Of a stretch of 64,000 nt of DNA, positions 40,820-52,702 are shown one piece after another. This DNA comes from Octopus sinensis. Lineage: Eukaryota. The position numbers and the translations under genes are program-made. Every line of letters starts with the position of its first letter. Position 1 is the first letter of the stretch. A model generated the notes under the pieces. It was given only the letters and a program-made list of their open reading frames with translations, did no database searches and was not told the DNA's origin. Where the stretch lies: assembly GCF_006345805.1 (NCBI RefSeq), contig NC_043001.1, forward strand, positions 78,120,001-78,184,000. The letters run 5' to 3'.

Positions 40820-41225
40820 AAGGCGGATATCGTTATTACAACGAACGAAATGCTTGGCGGCATTTCGTCCATCTTTATGTTCTGTGATCAAAATACGCTT
40901 ATCCTCCTTTGGAGGACCATAGAATAATTAGAAGCTGAACACTGGGGTAGATGAAATCAATTAATCCCCTCTTCCTGAAATTGCTGGCCTTGTAAAATTT
41001 CAAGCCAATATTACATATGTAAACCAAGGCGAGATGGCAGAATTGATACCACGTTAGATAAAATGTTTGGCGGCATTTCTTCCGAATCTTAACGTTTTGG
41101 GCCGAGGTCATCTTTGCTGTTCATCCTTTCGAGGGCGATAAAATATATAACATTTGAGCACTGGAGTCCCTCAAATCGACTTGAATCTTTCCTTCAAATT
41201 GCTGATTCGTGCCAAAATTTGAACC
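40820..41225 (+). mobile_element. Degenerate SINE family B copies
   Basis: gaaatgcttggcggcatttcgtcc and ggcgagatggcagaattg..gccgaggtcatctttgc motifs. Confidence 0.6.
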
Positions 41226-42348
41226 CATTATATATTAACTACTAAACACATATCTGAGCTCTATATTTTATTAAATAAGAAATTTTATTACCAACTCCAT
41301 TTCGTTTCACTTTAGCACAATTCCCTTGTTCTCATGTTGTATTTACTGTAGTTTATATCCTAGTTATCACACAAGCGTGAATTTATTAAATTCATCTTCC
41401 CAGCACCGTAAAGAAGACTTTTGCCAATTTTTCCTGTCGTTCACACTGAACATGAACCGTATAAATCTTAGCTGTCTGACAGGGACTACAAAGGATATGA
41501 GTGCTATTTCTCTTCATCAATTAATTAAAAGAAAAAAAAAAAGCCACAACACACAACACCGCCATTTTTACAAAAACAACAACAACTAAACAAGTTAATG
41601 ACGTTATATTATTCCAAAAACGGCAACTACAACTGAAAACCAAACCCCCGTCACTCACCGACCAAATAATAACAAAGGCAGCAACATATTCACAGCGTTG
41701 GTGACTAAAAGCAGAAAATCGTGATTGAAAAGAAACAGAGAAAATGAAAAAAATTAAAAACATTTTGAAAAATGTATTCAGTTTCAAAGAATTTTATAAT
41801 TTATATCTTTGACATTATTTAAATTAAACTGCTAAAGATGCAATTAAGGAGCAATTTTTGTTAAACGTCTATTTTAGTTTGATATTGAAAGTAAACTCTC
41901 ACACACACACACACACACACATACACACACATACACACACATATGCAAACGCATACATTCACACAAATTAAAACAATTAAAGGCATATGTAGACAAAAAA
42001 TACGTTTATGTATGCCTATGTATATATATGTATGTATATATATATATACGAACATACATCCAGACATACATATATATATATACACACACACGTATGAGAG
42101 AGAGAGAGAGAGAGAGAGAGAAGAGAGAAAGAGAAAGAGAAAGAGTGAGAGTGTGTGTGCGAAAACGTGTGGGCTAGTTGGTAGGCTGTTGCGCTGCCGA
42201 TCGAAAGATAAGATTGGGATTTCGATTTCCAGATCGGTGATGACGTGTTCTTGAGCAAACACTTCACTCAGATTCAAATGGGTAATTGAGCGATGTATGT
42301 ATATGTATTGTGTGTGTATAATGTGTAGATATATATATATATATATAA

Positions 42349-42411
<63 letters not shown>

Positions 42412-42977
42412 TATAATATATATATATAATATATATATGTATATACATATATACACATATATATGCATAATGCATAATTAGTGAGTATGGAAGGGTTCAG
42501 ATGTGATCCTCCCACTGTGCAATGTAAACAAACATAAGTACATATTGTTAGGCTCTCGGTCAGAGAGTAGCAAATAGATTACTGGCTAACCAGCCTTCAG
42601 AGTAGATGTATATTTATGTCATCTGCCCATAAAAATAAATTCCTACTCAATGCTAGTTATTAAATCAGTCACAACCTCATAATTAACAGCAAATTTTTAC
42701 TCATTTACTTCTTGTGCATTAGTTGTTGGTTTAAAAAAAAACCGTTTTGTACGAGCATCGTTAATAGCAAAATATCTGTAATAATTTTTTGTGGTTGTAC
42801 TAATGTTTGTATCACCTGCTTAAAATAAATGAATGAATAAAATAAACAAATCTGCATACAGTTCATTATTTAATTGTTTTCCAACAAAAACATTTATGAA
42901 ATTATTTTTTCTAGAAAGCTAATATAAAGTAATATGTGTTTTTATCTTCCTATCAAAATACACGCATATATGTATAG

Positions 42978-44040
42978 ATCGGACAAACGGGACGCCGCTT
43001 GGCTGACCGGTTCGCGGAACACCTTCGTGACATCCGCCTTGCGAACGACACACCGGTCTCACGCCATTTCCGCTCCACCGGTCACTCCTTGCAACACCTG
43101 TCTGTGTTCGGTTTGTCCTTACACAGAGGCCATCCGGATTCCCGTTTCCGCCGTGAACAGAATTAATCTTCTCTCTCGCCTCTATACGCCATTTGGTCTC
43201 AACTCTCTCCCCTCCTCATCTAACACCCTCTCCCCTCCTCATCTAACCTCCCCCCGACCCCTACTTCTCTTCAGTCCTTCATCCTTTCACCCCTACTCCT
43301 CTTCCTTCTTCCCTCTTTCTCCCTCCCTCCTTCTTCCCTCTTCCCCTTCCCTCTTTCTCTCTGCTCCCTCACTCCCCTTCTCTCTCTCTCCCCCTCTCCC
43401 TCTATCTCCTCCTCCTCCTCTCCCCTCCTCTTGTCCTCCTTCCTTTCCCCCCCTCCTCTTCCCCTCTCCTTCTTCCTCCCCCCTTCCCCTTCCCCCTCCT
43501 CTTCTCCCCTTTCCTTCTCCCCTCTTCTCCCCTTTCTTTCTCCCCCTCACCTCCCTCCCCTCTCCCCCCTTACCTCACCCCTCTTCCCTCATCTCCTCTC
43601 TCTACACTACACCATACGACATTACACATCACATCATATATACATACACACGTCCAGACCTCTCATACGCACTAATACTCTCTCATACACACACACACTC
43701 TTCTCATACACAAACACACACTCTTATGTTGGAGCGAGGTCATTAAACTGTATTATCTCCCCTAATTTCACTCTTGCGTCTCATGTCTGATCTTTGACTT
43801 CTGGCCGAAATCAGATCGCCATGTTGATTCGTTACCCTCTGCACGCATATTTTTTCTCTCCTTCTTTCTGTGTTTTTTCCTCTGTGTATCTTTCGGTTGA
43901 AGAGCGTAGGCTCGAAACGTTAAAGACTTGTTTTATTTATATTTCCTGAGCGCCATACTAATACAATTGTTTGTTTGTATTCCACCTGCCTTCGTCTTTT
44001 GTTTATTTCCGTAAACCTGCCTTCGTCTTTTGTCTATTTT
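42978..44040 (+). mobile_element. 5'-truncated Penelope-like element: GIY-YIG endonuclease C-terminus, pyrimidine tract and pLTR
   Basis: From 42978 reads IGQTGRRLADRFAEHLRDIRLANDTPVSRHFRSTGHSLQHLSVFGL..RFRREQ, then after a frameshift LIFSL..YTPFGLN, the characteristic PLE GIY-YIG end. Confidence 0.85.
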
Positions 44041-44052
44041 CATAAAGCTTCC

Positions 44053-44145
<93 letters not shown>

Positions 44146-44158
44146 ATCTATCTATCTA

Positions 44159-44205
<47 letters not shown>

Positions 44206-44604
44206 ATCTATCTATCTATCTAACTAACTATCCATCCATCCATCCACCCATGTATGTATTTATGTATCAACCTATCTAACTATCTGTCTGTCTGTCCGTC
44301 TGACCGACCGTCCCTCTGTCCGTCTGTCGTTTCAATATTCGTTTCAGTAAAACATGTGAAATATATTAAATGAACACAAATAATGTTAACTGAAGGCAGA
44401 AGCACTGTTGACTACGAAACCAGGTAAAGATTTAATTAGTGTTAGAAAGAAATATGTTAACGGTCCTAGAGAACTGCATTCATTTTATTCCGAATATCAA
44501 TAGAAATATCTCTTCCGACTACACAAATATTGGCGATATCATAATTATCACACACTGCATTAAACACTAAGGAAAAATATAAACTGGTTCGTTACATTTG
44601 TCGT

Positions 44605-45050
44605 AGGGCTGCTTGGTCGCTCGTGTCGCAATACCACAGATTTGCTTGTCATTTGTTTGACCTTAACCAGTTGAGCATGTCCCTTAGTGGCTGACGATAT
44701 GTGCATCTCTGATCACGAGCAGAAGTAATGGGGGACCATCATAGCCATGTGTTGAAAGGGATTCTTTGGGGTTTGAATAATTCACCTCTGGAAACATGGG
44801 TGGTTCTTTCAACATCCTTAAACAACCCTTATTCAGGGACCTTTTGGGCGGGATGGGCTACTCAACCTGAAGAAATTTCTAACTGGGCCCCACCTGCAAG
44901 GTCATGTGCTGTTTATCTTGATATGAGATCACCATGTCGCGCACATATGGTTGTGATGCATGTGCCTGGTGTACCCTTAACAGGCGGGTAGTCATTATGG
45001 GTATATTGGGCTTCGTATATACTTTGATAGCATGAACTGCTCTCTCAATA
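44605..45050 (+). mobile_element. 3' end of a (TAA)n-tailed retroelement (possibly Dong/R4-like LINE or a dependent SINE)
   Basis: Ends gcatgaactgctctctc followed by (AAT)n; a second truncated copy follows. Confidence 0.55.
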
Positions 45051-45077
45051 ATAGTAATAATAATAATAATAATAATA

Positions 45078-45212
45078 GTGCCTGGTGTACCTTTATCAGA
45101 CGGGTAGTCATGATGGGTATATTGGGCTTCGTATATTTTACCCCAGTGCCACTTTGATGGCATGAACTGCTCTCTCACTCAATAATAAAATAATAATAAT
45201 AATAATAATAAC

Positions 45213-45295
<83 letters not shown>

Positions 45296-45320
45296 TATTT
45301 ATAATTATTATGATTATTAT
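45078..45320 (+). mobile_element. Second, more truncated copy of the same (TAA)n-tailed element plus its (TAA)n tail
   Basis: gtgcctggtgtacct..gggtagtcatgatgggtatattgggcttcgtata..gcatgaactgctctctc repeated from about 44965-45050. Confidence 0.7.
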
Positions 45321-45586
45321 TATTGCTGTTACTGTTGTTGTTGTTGTTGTCGTTGTTGCGCATGTGTGGAATATCGTTGGCTGCATGAATAAGGAGAAAA
45401 TAAGCTCACGAAACTTTAACATTAATATTTATTGCCGGATATGATATTTGTGAAGGCTATTTACGATGAATGGTATCAATAATACAATTACTGATTGGGA
45501 GGACAGAAGGACATCCTGGAATGCTTGCTAAGTACATATATTAGACCTCAAAACTCTGCAGTGAGTTAGGCTTTTATGAGGTGAAA

Positions 45587-45914
45587 GTGAGGGCGCGTGG
45601 CTTAGTGGTTAGGGCATTCGGCTCATGATCGTAAGGTTGTGAGTTCGATTCCCGGCGACGCGTTGTGTCCTTGAGCAAGACACTTTATTTCACGTTGCTC
45701 CAGTCCACTCAGCTGGCAAAAATGAGTTGTACTTGTATTTCAAAGGGTCAGCCTTGTCACTCTCTGTGTCACGCTGATTATCCCCGAGAACTACGTTAAG
45801 GGTACACGTGTCTGTGGAATGCTCAGCCATTTGCACGTTAATTTCACGAGCAAGCTGTTCCGTTGATCGTATAAGCTGGGACCCTCGTCGTCGTAACCGG
45901 CGGAGTCTTTAGTC
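45587..45914 (+). mobile_element. tRNA-derived SINE family C, full length with 14-bp TSD
   Basis: A box TGGCTTAGTGG, B box GAGTTCGATTCC, then gtgtccttgagcaagacactt; perfect TSD TTTATGAGGTGAAA at 45573-45586 and 45915-45928. Confidence 0.9.
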
Positions 45915-46469
45915 TTTATGAGGTGAAAAGAGATTAAATTCTAGAACATTCGGGAAACCATATCATGCCTCATCTTAAAGCTGATTAGTCAATTTATATA
46001 TCAATCACGTGAGACTGTCATGGCTCATTGGGAGATTTTAAACCGAATTTCTAGCGGCTCGGTTTCGGATCGATGTTTCTTAAGGTCGTTCAGCGTGATA
46101 TAGCCGTAAGCCATATATATATATATACGTGTGTCTGTGTGTGCGTGCGTGTGCGCGTGTTGTCCCTTTTCTATTTTTTTTATTTTGTTTGCTTATATGT
46201 AAGTATATCTTTATCGAAATCTTGTACGACTCTATTCTTTCTTTTATTCTTTCTTTCTTTCTATCAGCCCTTTCTCGCTTACTCCGTTCATTCCACTCTT
46301 CGTTCTTTCGTTTCCTCACTCTCACATTTCCTTGTCTTCTCTTCATGCTCACTTTCCCTCCTCTTATCACTTCACTGTGACCCTGTCATTTTTTTCACGC
46401 CCCTCCTTAATTCTTCTGCCCCTCTGACTCTACCACATTCTCTTCTCTCCCCACGTGACCGGTGTTCGG

Positions 46470-46860
46470 CCAAGCCTGACCTTTCATTCTTGGTTCGGCC
46501 GTCGTCCGTGCAATATCTACATTCCTCCATGTGCCTGGGAATCTTGTATCCCTGCCGTAAGTCTTTATTTTTACACACGCCAGCTTAATTTAATTCGTCC
46601 TTAGTCAAAAGACACGCGTTTTTATGTCCTGTTATTTGTATTCGTGTAACATTCTCCGTTTTTCCCCATGGAATCTAACGCTCTTAACTTAGTTTTTCCT
46701 TGGGGCTGGCCAGATTGTAGCAATCTCGAGTATAACCAGCCGAGATTGCAAAGATAATCCGGAATTCGACTGAGGAGAAATAACTCCGTATGACCCGTCT
46801 TTGTTTACTTTGTATCGTCTATCTGGATGTTTTGCGTTATTGCCCCATTTTGTATATTAT
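46470..46860 (+). mobile_element. Interspersed repeat (possible Penelope-like pLTR) preceded by a pyrimidine-rich tract
   Basis: Inverse copy at 33785-34210; carries a CTGAGGA...GTC hammerhead-like core. Confidence 0.6.
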
Positions 46861-46952
46861 ATATATATATAAATGGAATTTCGAAACATGTGTCGAAAGT
46901 AAAAATGTTTGATTACACCTGCGTTAACTCCATTTTTTATTCATATAGATAT

Positions 46953-47028
<76 letters not shown>

Positions 47029-47113
47029 ACATAAGGAATCCACTCGTAGGATTCAACACATTAGAAAGAACAGCTAGGTTCTATAACCACAAAAATAGGG
47101 ATAAAGTTCATAT

Positions 47114-47174
<61 letters not shown>

Positions 47175-47574
47175 GTATTAAACGTTCAGGATTGAAATGT
47201 ATCAGGGCCTTAAATAGTAAAGCACGAAGGTCGGAACAATGAAATCGCTATCGTATTCAAAACAATATTAGAGGGGCTTATACCTTCATACCGAAGTAAA
47301 GATGCATTTATATTCTTGCTACATGTATGATCGCAAATGTCCGACTGAATATACTACGAGTCTCAAGGCTGCACCTAGGTACAAACACTACACCGATTGT
47401 ACAAAACTGAACAAACTTCAGATTCATGCTAATTGCAGGTTAGGATAAGATGAATAATGAACTTATAATAACAGATGGATATTGCTTCTCACTACAGCTG
47501 TTTCGGACATGTTTTTATTGATGAATAGTTATTATATCTTTCGAAATGTAGCTTTATTATTATATGTCTCTTTA

Positions 47575-47790
47575 AGCCGGTGAGTTGGCAGAACAGCTAG
47601 CATGCTGGACGAAATGCTTAGCCGTGTTTCGCCCGCAGCTACGCTCTGATTTCAAATTCTGCAGAGATCGACTTTGCCGTTCATACTTTCGCGGTTGATA
47701 AATTAAGTAATAGTGAAACATTGGGGTCGATGTGATCGACTAGCAGCCCTCCAGAAAAATTTCAGACCTTGTGCCTTTAGTAGAAAGGAA
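47575..47790 (+). mobile_element. SINE family B
   Basis: ggtgagttggcagaacagctagcatgctggacgaaatgcttagc..ttggggtcgatgtgatcgact. Confidence 0.8.
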
Positions 47791-48358
47791 TTTTATATTT
47801 CCCTTTATTTCGTATATAAATAGATTTATGCGGATTTATTATGAAGAATATCACTGCTGTAGATTATTATTTTAATGCGTAGTTTTTGTTTCGAACTCTG
47901 TTGCCCAGCTATTTAAAGATTAAAATTCGAATATAATAACCTTATCTTTGAGGGGTTAGAGATCGAAATTGAATTCTCATCTCATGTTCCGTATTCATTC
48001 TTTCGCTTTAACAACTTTTCGCATCCTGCTCTGTTCCACTCACCTTGACGATTCTCTTTTTTAAACTACAAACTAAAGAAATTAAATTATTCTCTGACCG
48101 AAGTTTGCCGGAGAGTCATGAAATGGCATGTAGTGGAAGTGTAGAATGTTCTTTTTTTTAATTTAATAATGTTTAATTCGTGCATATATTGACCTCATAA
48201 AAACGTTTCTTTTTTTGCGCATGATGTAATTATTCATGAATAAAAAACAAGTTTGAAACAGCTGTAGTGAGTGAACCTCAATTCATCTGTTGCTATTTGC
48301 TTATTCATGTATGCATGTATGTATATATGCATATACAGTGTGTGTGAGGCTTGGTTAG

Positions 48359-48393
<35 letters not shown>

Positions 48394-49104
48394 CATAGAA
48401 TGAAAGAAAGGGAGAGAGATTCAGGATATATTGCACTCGTTAGACTATATACAAGCCTTATATATCATGACACAAAAGAATTCATGATATTCACTTATTA
48501 TTAATAAAAAATTAGTTAGCGCTGTAATTATAAATGATAGACATTTGAACAAGAATAGGAAAAAAAGCTTCACTGATTGCATTTACCAACACCTTGCTGC
48601 TTGCTACACGGCGCAAACTAATAGTTGATATTTCATTGCCATTCAATATTTTATAATTAATGTTCAATATTCTATAATACAGAAGCGATGCATATATATA
48701 TATATATGCACTCACAGACAGACGCACACATTTCTTATGCATACATATGTATATCTATATATGCACATATATATATATATATATATATTTATACATACTC
48801 ACATTCACATACACAAACACACTCATACAGCTATGTATCAATACCTTCTCTCCCTTGATTTATACATACATAGATTCATACCTACATACATGTGTGTGTA
48901 TGTGTGCGTGCGCAGGTGCGTGTGCTTGTGCGTGTGCATGTATTTATGTATGAGTGCTGTGTGTGTTTGTGTGTGCCCGTTAACATGTATGTGAATGTGT
49001 TGAAAATTTCTTTCTTTGAACGAACAATTTAATTCATTATAAATGTTTCGTTTAATAATTGAGCTTTTCATTTGGCATTCCGTAAGAAATGATTTCTACC
49101 ACTT

Positions 49105-49350
<246 letters not shown>

Positions 49351-49689
49351 TTCCTAGTTTCAGCAAAAATAAACAAGTTTTTTCTTAGCTAATTATTTTC
49401 TTTGAAAAAAAAATTTCTTTCTTTTTTACTTGCCTTTCATTTTCCACTTATAATGAAAAATGATTTAATGATTCTTCAGCCAAAAAATTATTTCATTATT
49501 CATTCTTTCATCAAATCAGTTTCCGTCTTCAGTGTGAGCAGCTGTTAACTAGCATATGTCCTCCATATCACAATACTCAATCATCAAATTTCTCCACTGT
49601 AGTCAGCGCTGTAGATATATATGCAGGCGATGTTTACACGAACAGAAACTAATACTAATTTTTCCTTCTACCATTTATTTGTGTTGGTA

Positions 49690-49890
49690 ATGGTTTCAAA
49701 TTTTGGAACAACGCCAGCAATTTCGGAGATGTTAAGTCGATTACATCGACCCGTGTTCAACTGGTACTTATTTTATTGACCCCGGAATAATGAAAGTTAT
49801 AATCGATTATGGCGGAATTTGAACTCAAAACGTAAGAACGGGTGAAACACCGCTACGCTTTTTGCCCATCACGCCAACAATTCTGCCACT
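49690..49890 (-). mobile_element. SINE family B
   Basis: aagtcgattacatcgaccc..ggtacttattttattgaccc..ggcggaatttgaactc. Confidence 0.8.
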
Positions 49891-50235
49891 TCGAGACATA
49901 CACCAATCAGCACCCTGGTCACCATTAACCAAGAAATGAGCGTTTAAATGTACCATTTGATCTATTAAAAATATTAGCCTAATTGCCTCAAATTGCAATT
50001 GCTCTCTTTTAAAATAGAAAAATAAAAACCCTCATTTGAAATTACTACAAAAATGACCTCAAAATATAAAAAAAATCATTGATGTATGATTCTAGATCAT
50101 AAGTTTTCTCAGTAAGACTGACCTGAGATTAAAGATAAAAACTGATTCTTTCCTCATTAGATTCTTTGCTTCACCGAAGACCCTTTATGAATACGTTTTC
50201 AACATATTTCTGTCGATAATTTCGTTAATTTCGCA

Positions 50236-50345
50236 TAGCGGTTGAGAAGCTTGATTTTCAACCTTGTCGTTTGTGGTTCAATCCCACTGTGCGGCATCAT
50301 AGGCAAGTATCTTGCATTATAGCCCGGGGTCGACGAAGGCCCTAT
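50236..50345 (+). mobile_element. Degenerate SINE family A head
   Basis: ggttcaatcccactgtgcggcatcataggcaagtatctt..tatagccc. Confidence 0.55.
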
Positions 50346-51029
50346 GAATGCATACAGGCATACCTCAACTTACGTCGGGAATTAGTTCCAAAACATATTA
50401 CTCGACTCTACAAACGATGTAGCAATAAATAGATAAATATATAAAAATCTAAAATGTATTTGCTTATATCTGTTTTAAAGAATGGTTTGTACATATTTTC
50501 ATAGGAATTTTCTTTGCTTCTCCATTTTACTATTAGATTTTTAAATGTTTTTCATGGGTTTTATTAGTTTAAATATATGTTCTTTGAGACCGACGCTACG
50601 ACCAATAAATCGAGTGATGTGGAGGTTTATTTCTCCCATTAATTTACTGAAAATATCGACGTAAAGTCGAAAAAGACCTAAATCGAAATGACATAAATTG
50701 AGGTAAGCTTGTATAATGCAATTCCTTCACTTCATAATCAACCAAATTATGTGAAATAGGAGCACATTAGTTCGATATTATACTCCACATAACACTTATA
50801 TAGTCTGTGGAATGCCTTTGACGATACACTTTGATAGATATGTTCGATCTGTGCTGTGATACCCAGTCAGTATAATGTCGCACCAAATTCTCCATAAAAC
50901 ATTAAAACCGACATCATCCAAATGGGGGATGTAAGAACATAGGTAAAAATAGATAATGCTAATTAATCATACTTGTGAGCATTATACAGATTCACATATT
51001 CACTTACAAATGCATAGGTACATGAAAGT

Positions 51030-51067
51030 GTCTTATCTATCTATCTGTCTGTCCGTTTTTCTATTCG

Positions 51068-51152
<85 letters not shown>

Positions 51153-51249
51153 ATATATATATATATATATCTGTCTGTCTGCCTGCCTGTATGTCTGTCT
51201 GCCTGCCTGCCTGCCTGTCTGTCTGTCTGTCTGTCTGACTATCTGCCTG

Positions 51250-51319
<70 letters not shown>

Positions 51320-51360
51320 AATCAATCAATCAATCTCTCTCTCTCTTTATCTATCTAGCT
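51030..51360. repeat. (ATCT)n/(GTCT)n microsatellite upstream of the Tx1 array
   Basis: Direct reading. Confidence 0.95.
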
Positions 51361-51368
51361 AACATCTG

Positions 51369-51518
51369 GTTTTTTTCTTTTTCTTTTGTCTTTTTTTTTC
51401 CTTTCTATGATCCCTTTTGATCGAAAACCTACCCCGCTACTTTTTCCCCACAAAAATAGAAGCTCTACTTTGTAATTTGTCCCGTCTGTGTCCAGCCCTG
51501 TGTGACTAACAAAAAACC
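51369..51518 (+). mobile_element. Tx1-like copy A: 150-bp extreme 3' UTR fragment
   Basis: gatcccttttgatcgaaaacc..aagctctac..tgtaatttgt..cagccctgtgtgactaacaaaaaacc matches the 3' ends at about 52.1-52.25 and 58.32-58.46 kb; followed by (ATCT)4. Confidence 0.85.
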
Positions 51519-51535
51519 ATATCTATCTATCTATC

Positions 51536-52251
51536 TCCTTCAAACGGGAAGGAAGAGCTATTTTCATCATCCTTGTGGCTATGGCAAAAGAATGTATCTG
51601 GTGGACGCGTCTGAAAGGATTGGAGACAAACACTTTCCTCTCTGGTCAATCTCTCATCAACTTCTTCAAGTACCACTTGAAAAGCAAAGTGAGAGTAGAG
51701 AGGCAAGTTTCGTCTAGCGAATGTTTTTAAAAAAGATGGGTGAATGTAGCAAGGATGGCACGTATGAATGACGAAGCCACCTTGGGCATAATCCTATGAA
51801 CCTAGAAATTGAAAACAGAGGGTTACCCACTTGCAAACAAATGTTGTAACATATAACAATATTGACCAAGGTTACCGTGGTCTTTTTCGTAGGTTTTTCT
51901 TCCCACGGATAAACCTTACTTGCTTTCCCCTTTACACCATACATCATAGCACTGTGATACACGATCCCTATTCATAATTTTTTTTTACTCTTACCCTTTT
52001 TTCCCCTTTTTTCTTCTTTTTTTCATTTCTCTTTTCTTTTGTTCCTTTTCCTTTTTTCTTTTTTTTCTTTTTTTTCTTTTCATTTTTGTTCTTTTTTTCC
52101 CCTTTTACGATCCCTTTTGATCGAAAACCTACGCCACCTTTTTTTTGCTTCTTTTGTTTTTTGTTTTTTTGTTTTTTCATCACCCAAAAGAAAAGCTCTA
52201 CCTTGTAACTTGTCCCATCTGTGTGCCGCCCTGTGTGGCCAATAAAGAAAC
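51536..52251 (+). mobile_element. Tx1-like copy B: 5'-truncated (last about 85 codons of ORF2 plus 3' UTR)
   Basis: Colinear with 57831-58456 but diverged; has a premature TAA; ends aataaagaaac followed by (ATCT)n. Confidence 0.9.
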
Positions 52252-52262
52252 TTATCTGTCTG

Positions 52263-52319
<57 letters not shown>

Positions 52320-52397
52320 ATATCTATCTATCTATCTATCTATCTATCAATCTATCTATCTCTATATATATATATATATACATCTGTCTGTCTGTAC

Positions 52398-52480
<83 letters not shown>
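52252..52480. repeat. (ATCT)n microsatellite between Tx1 copies B and C
   Basis: Direct reading. Confidence 0.95.
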
Positions 52481-52481
<1 letters not shown>

Positions 52482-52702
52482 CTGGACAGACAGACGCAAG
52501 TCAAATGGGCTCCACGTAAGTTGGTAATTTTGTACGTTCAAAAGTGTATATTGACAAATATTTTGTGTTTAAAAGTTGTGCAACAACATCCACTGTAAAC
52601 CTTTGATAAATATCTACACAAAATTTTGCCCCTTGTGGGCAAAATTTAAAAGAAAAAATTCTCATAGCCTTCGTGGTTCCATTTAGCCATTTTATTTCCA
52701 AA

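Noticed and set aside
42934-43746. 270-aa ORF
   Set aside because: Off-frame reading of the GIY-YIG remnant plus a C/T-rich tract
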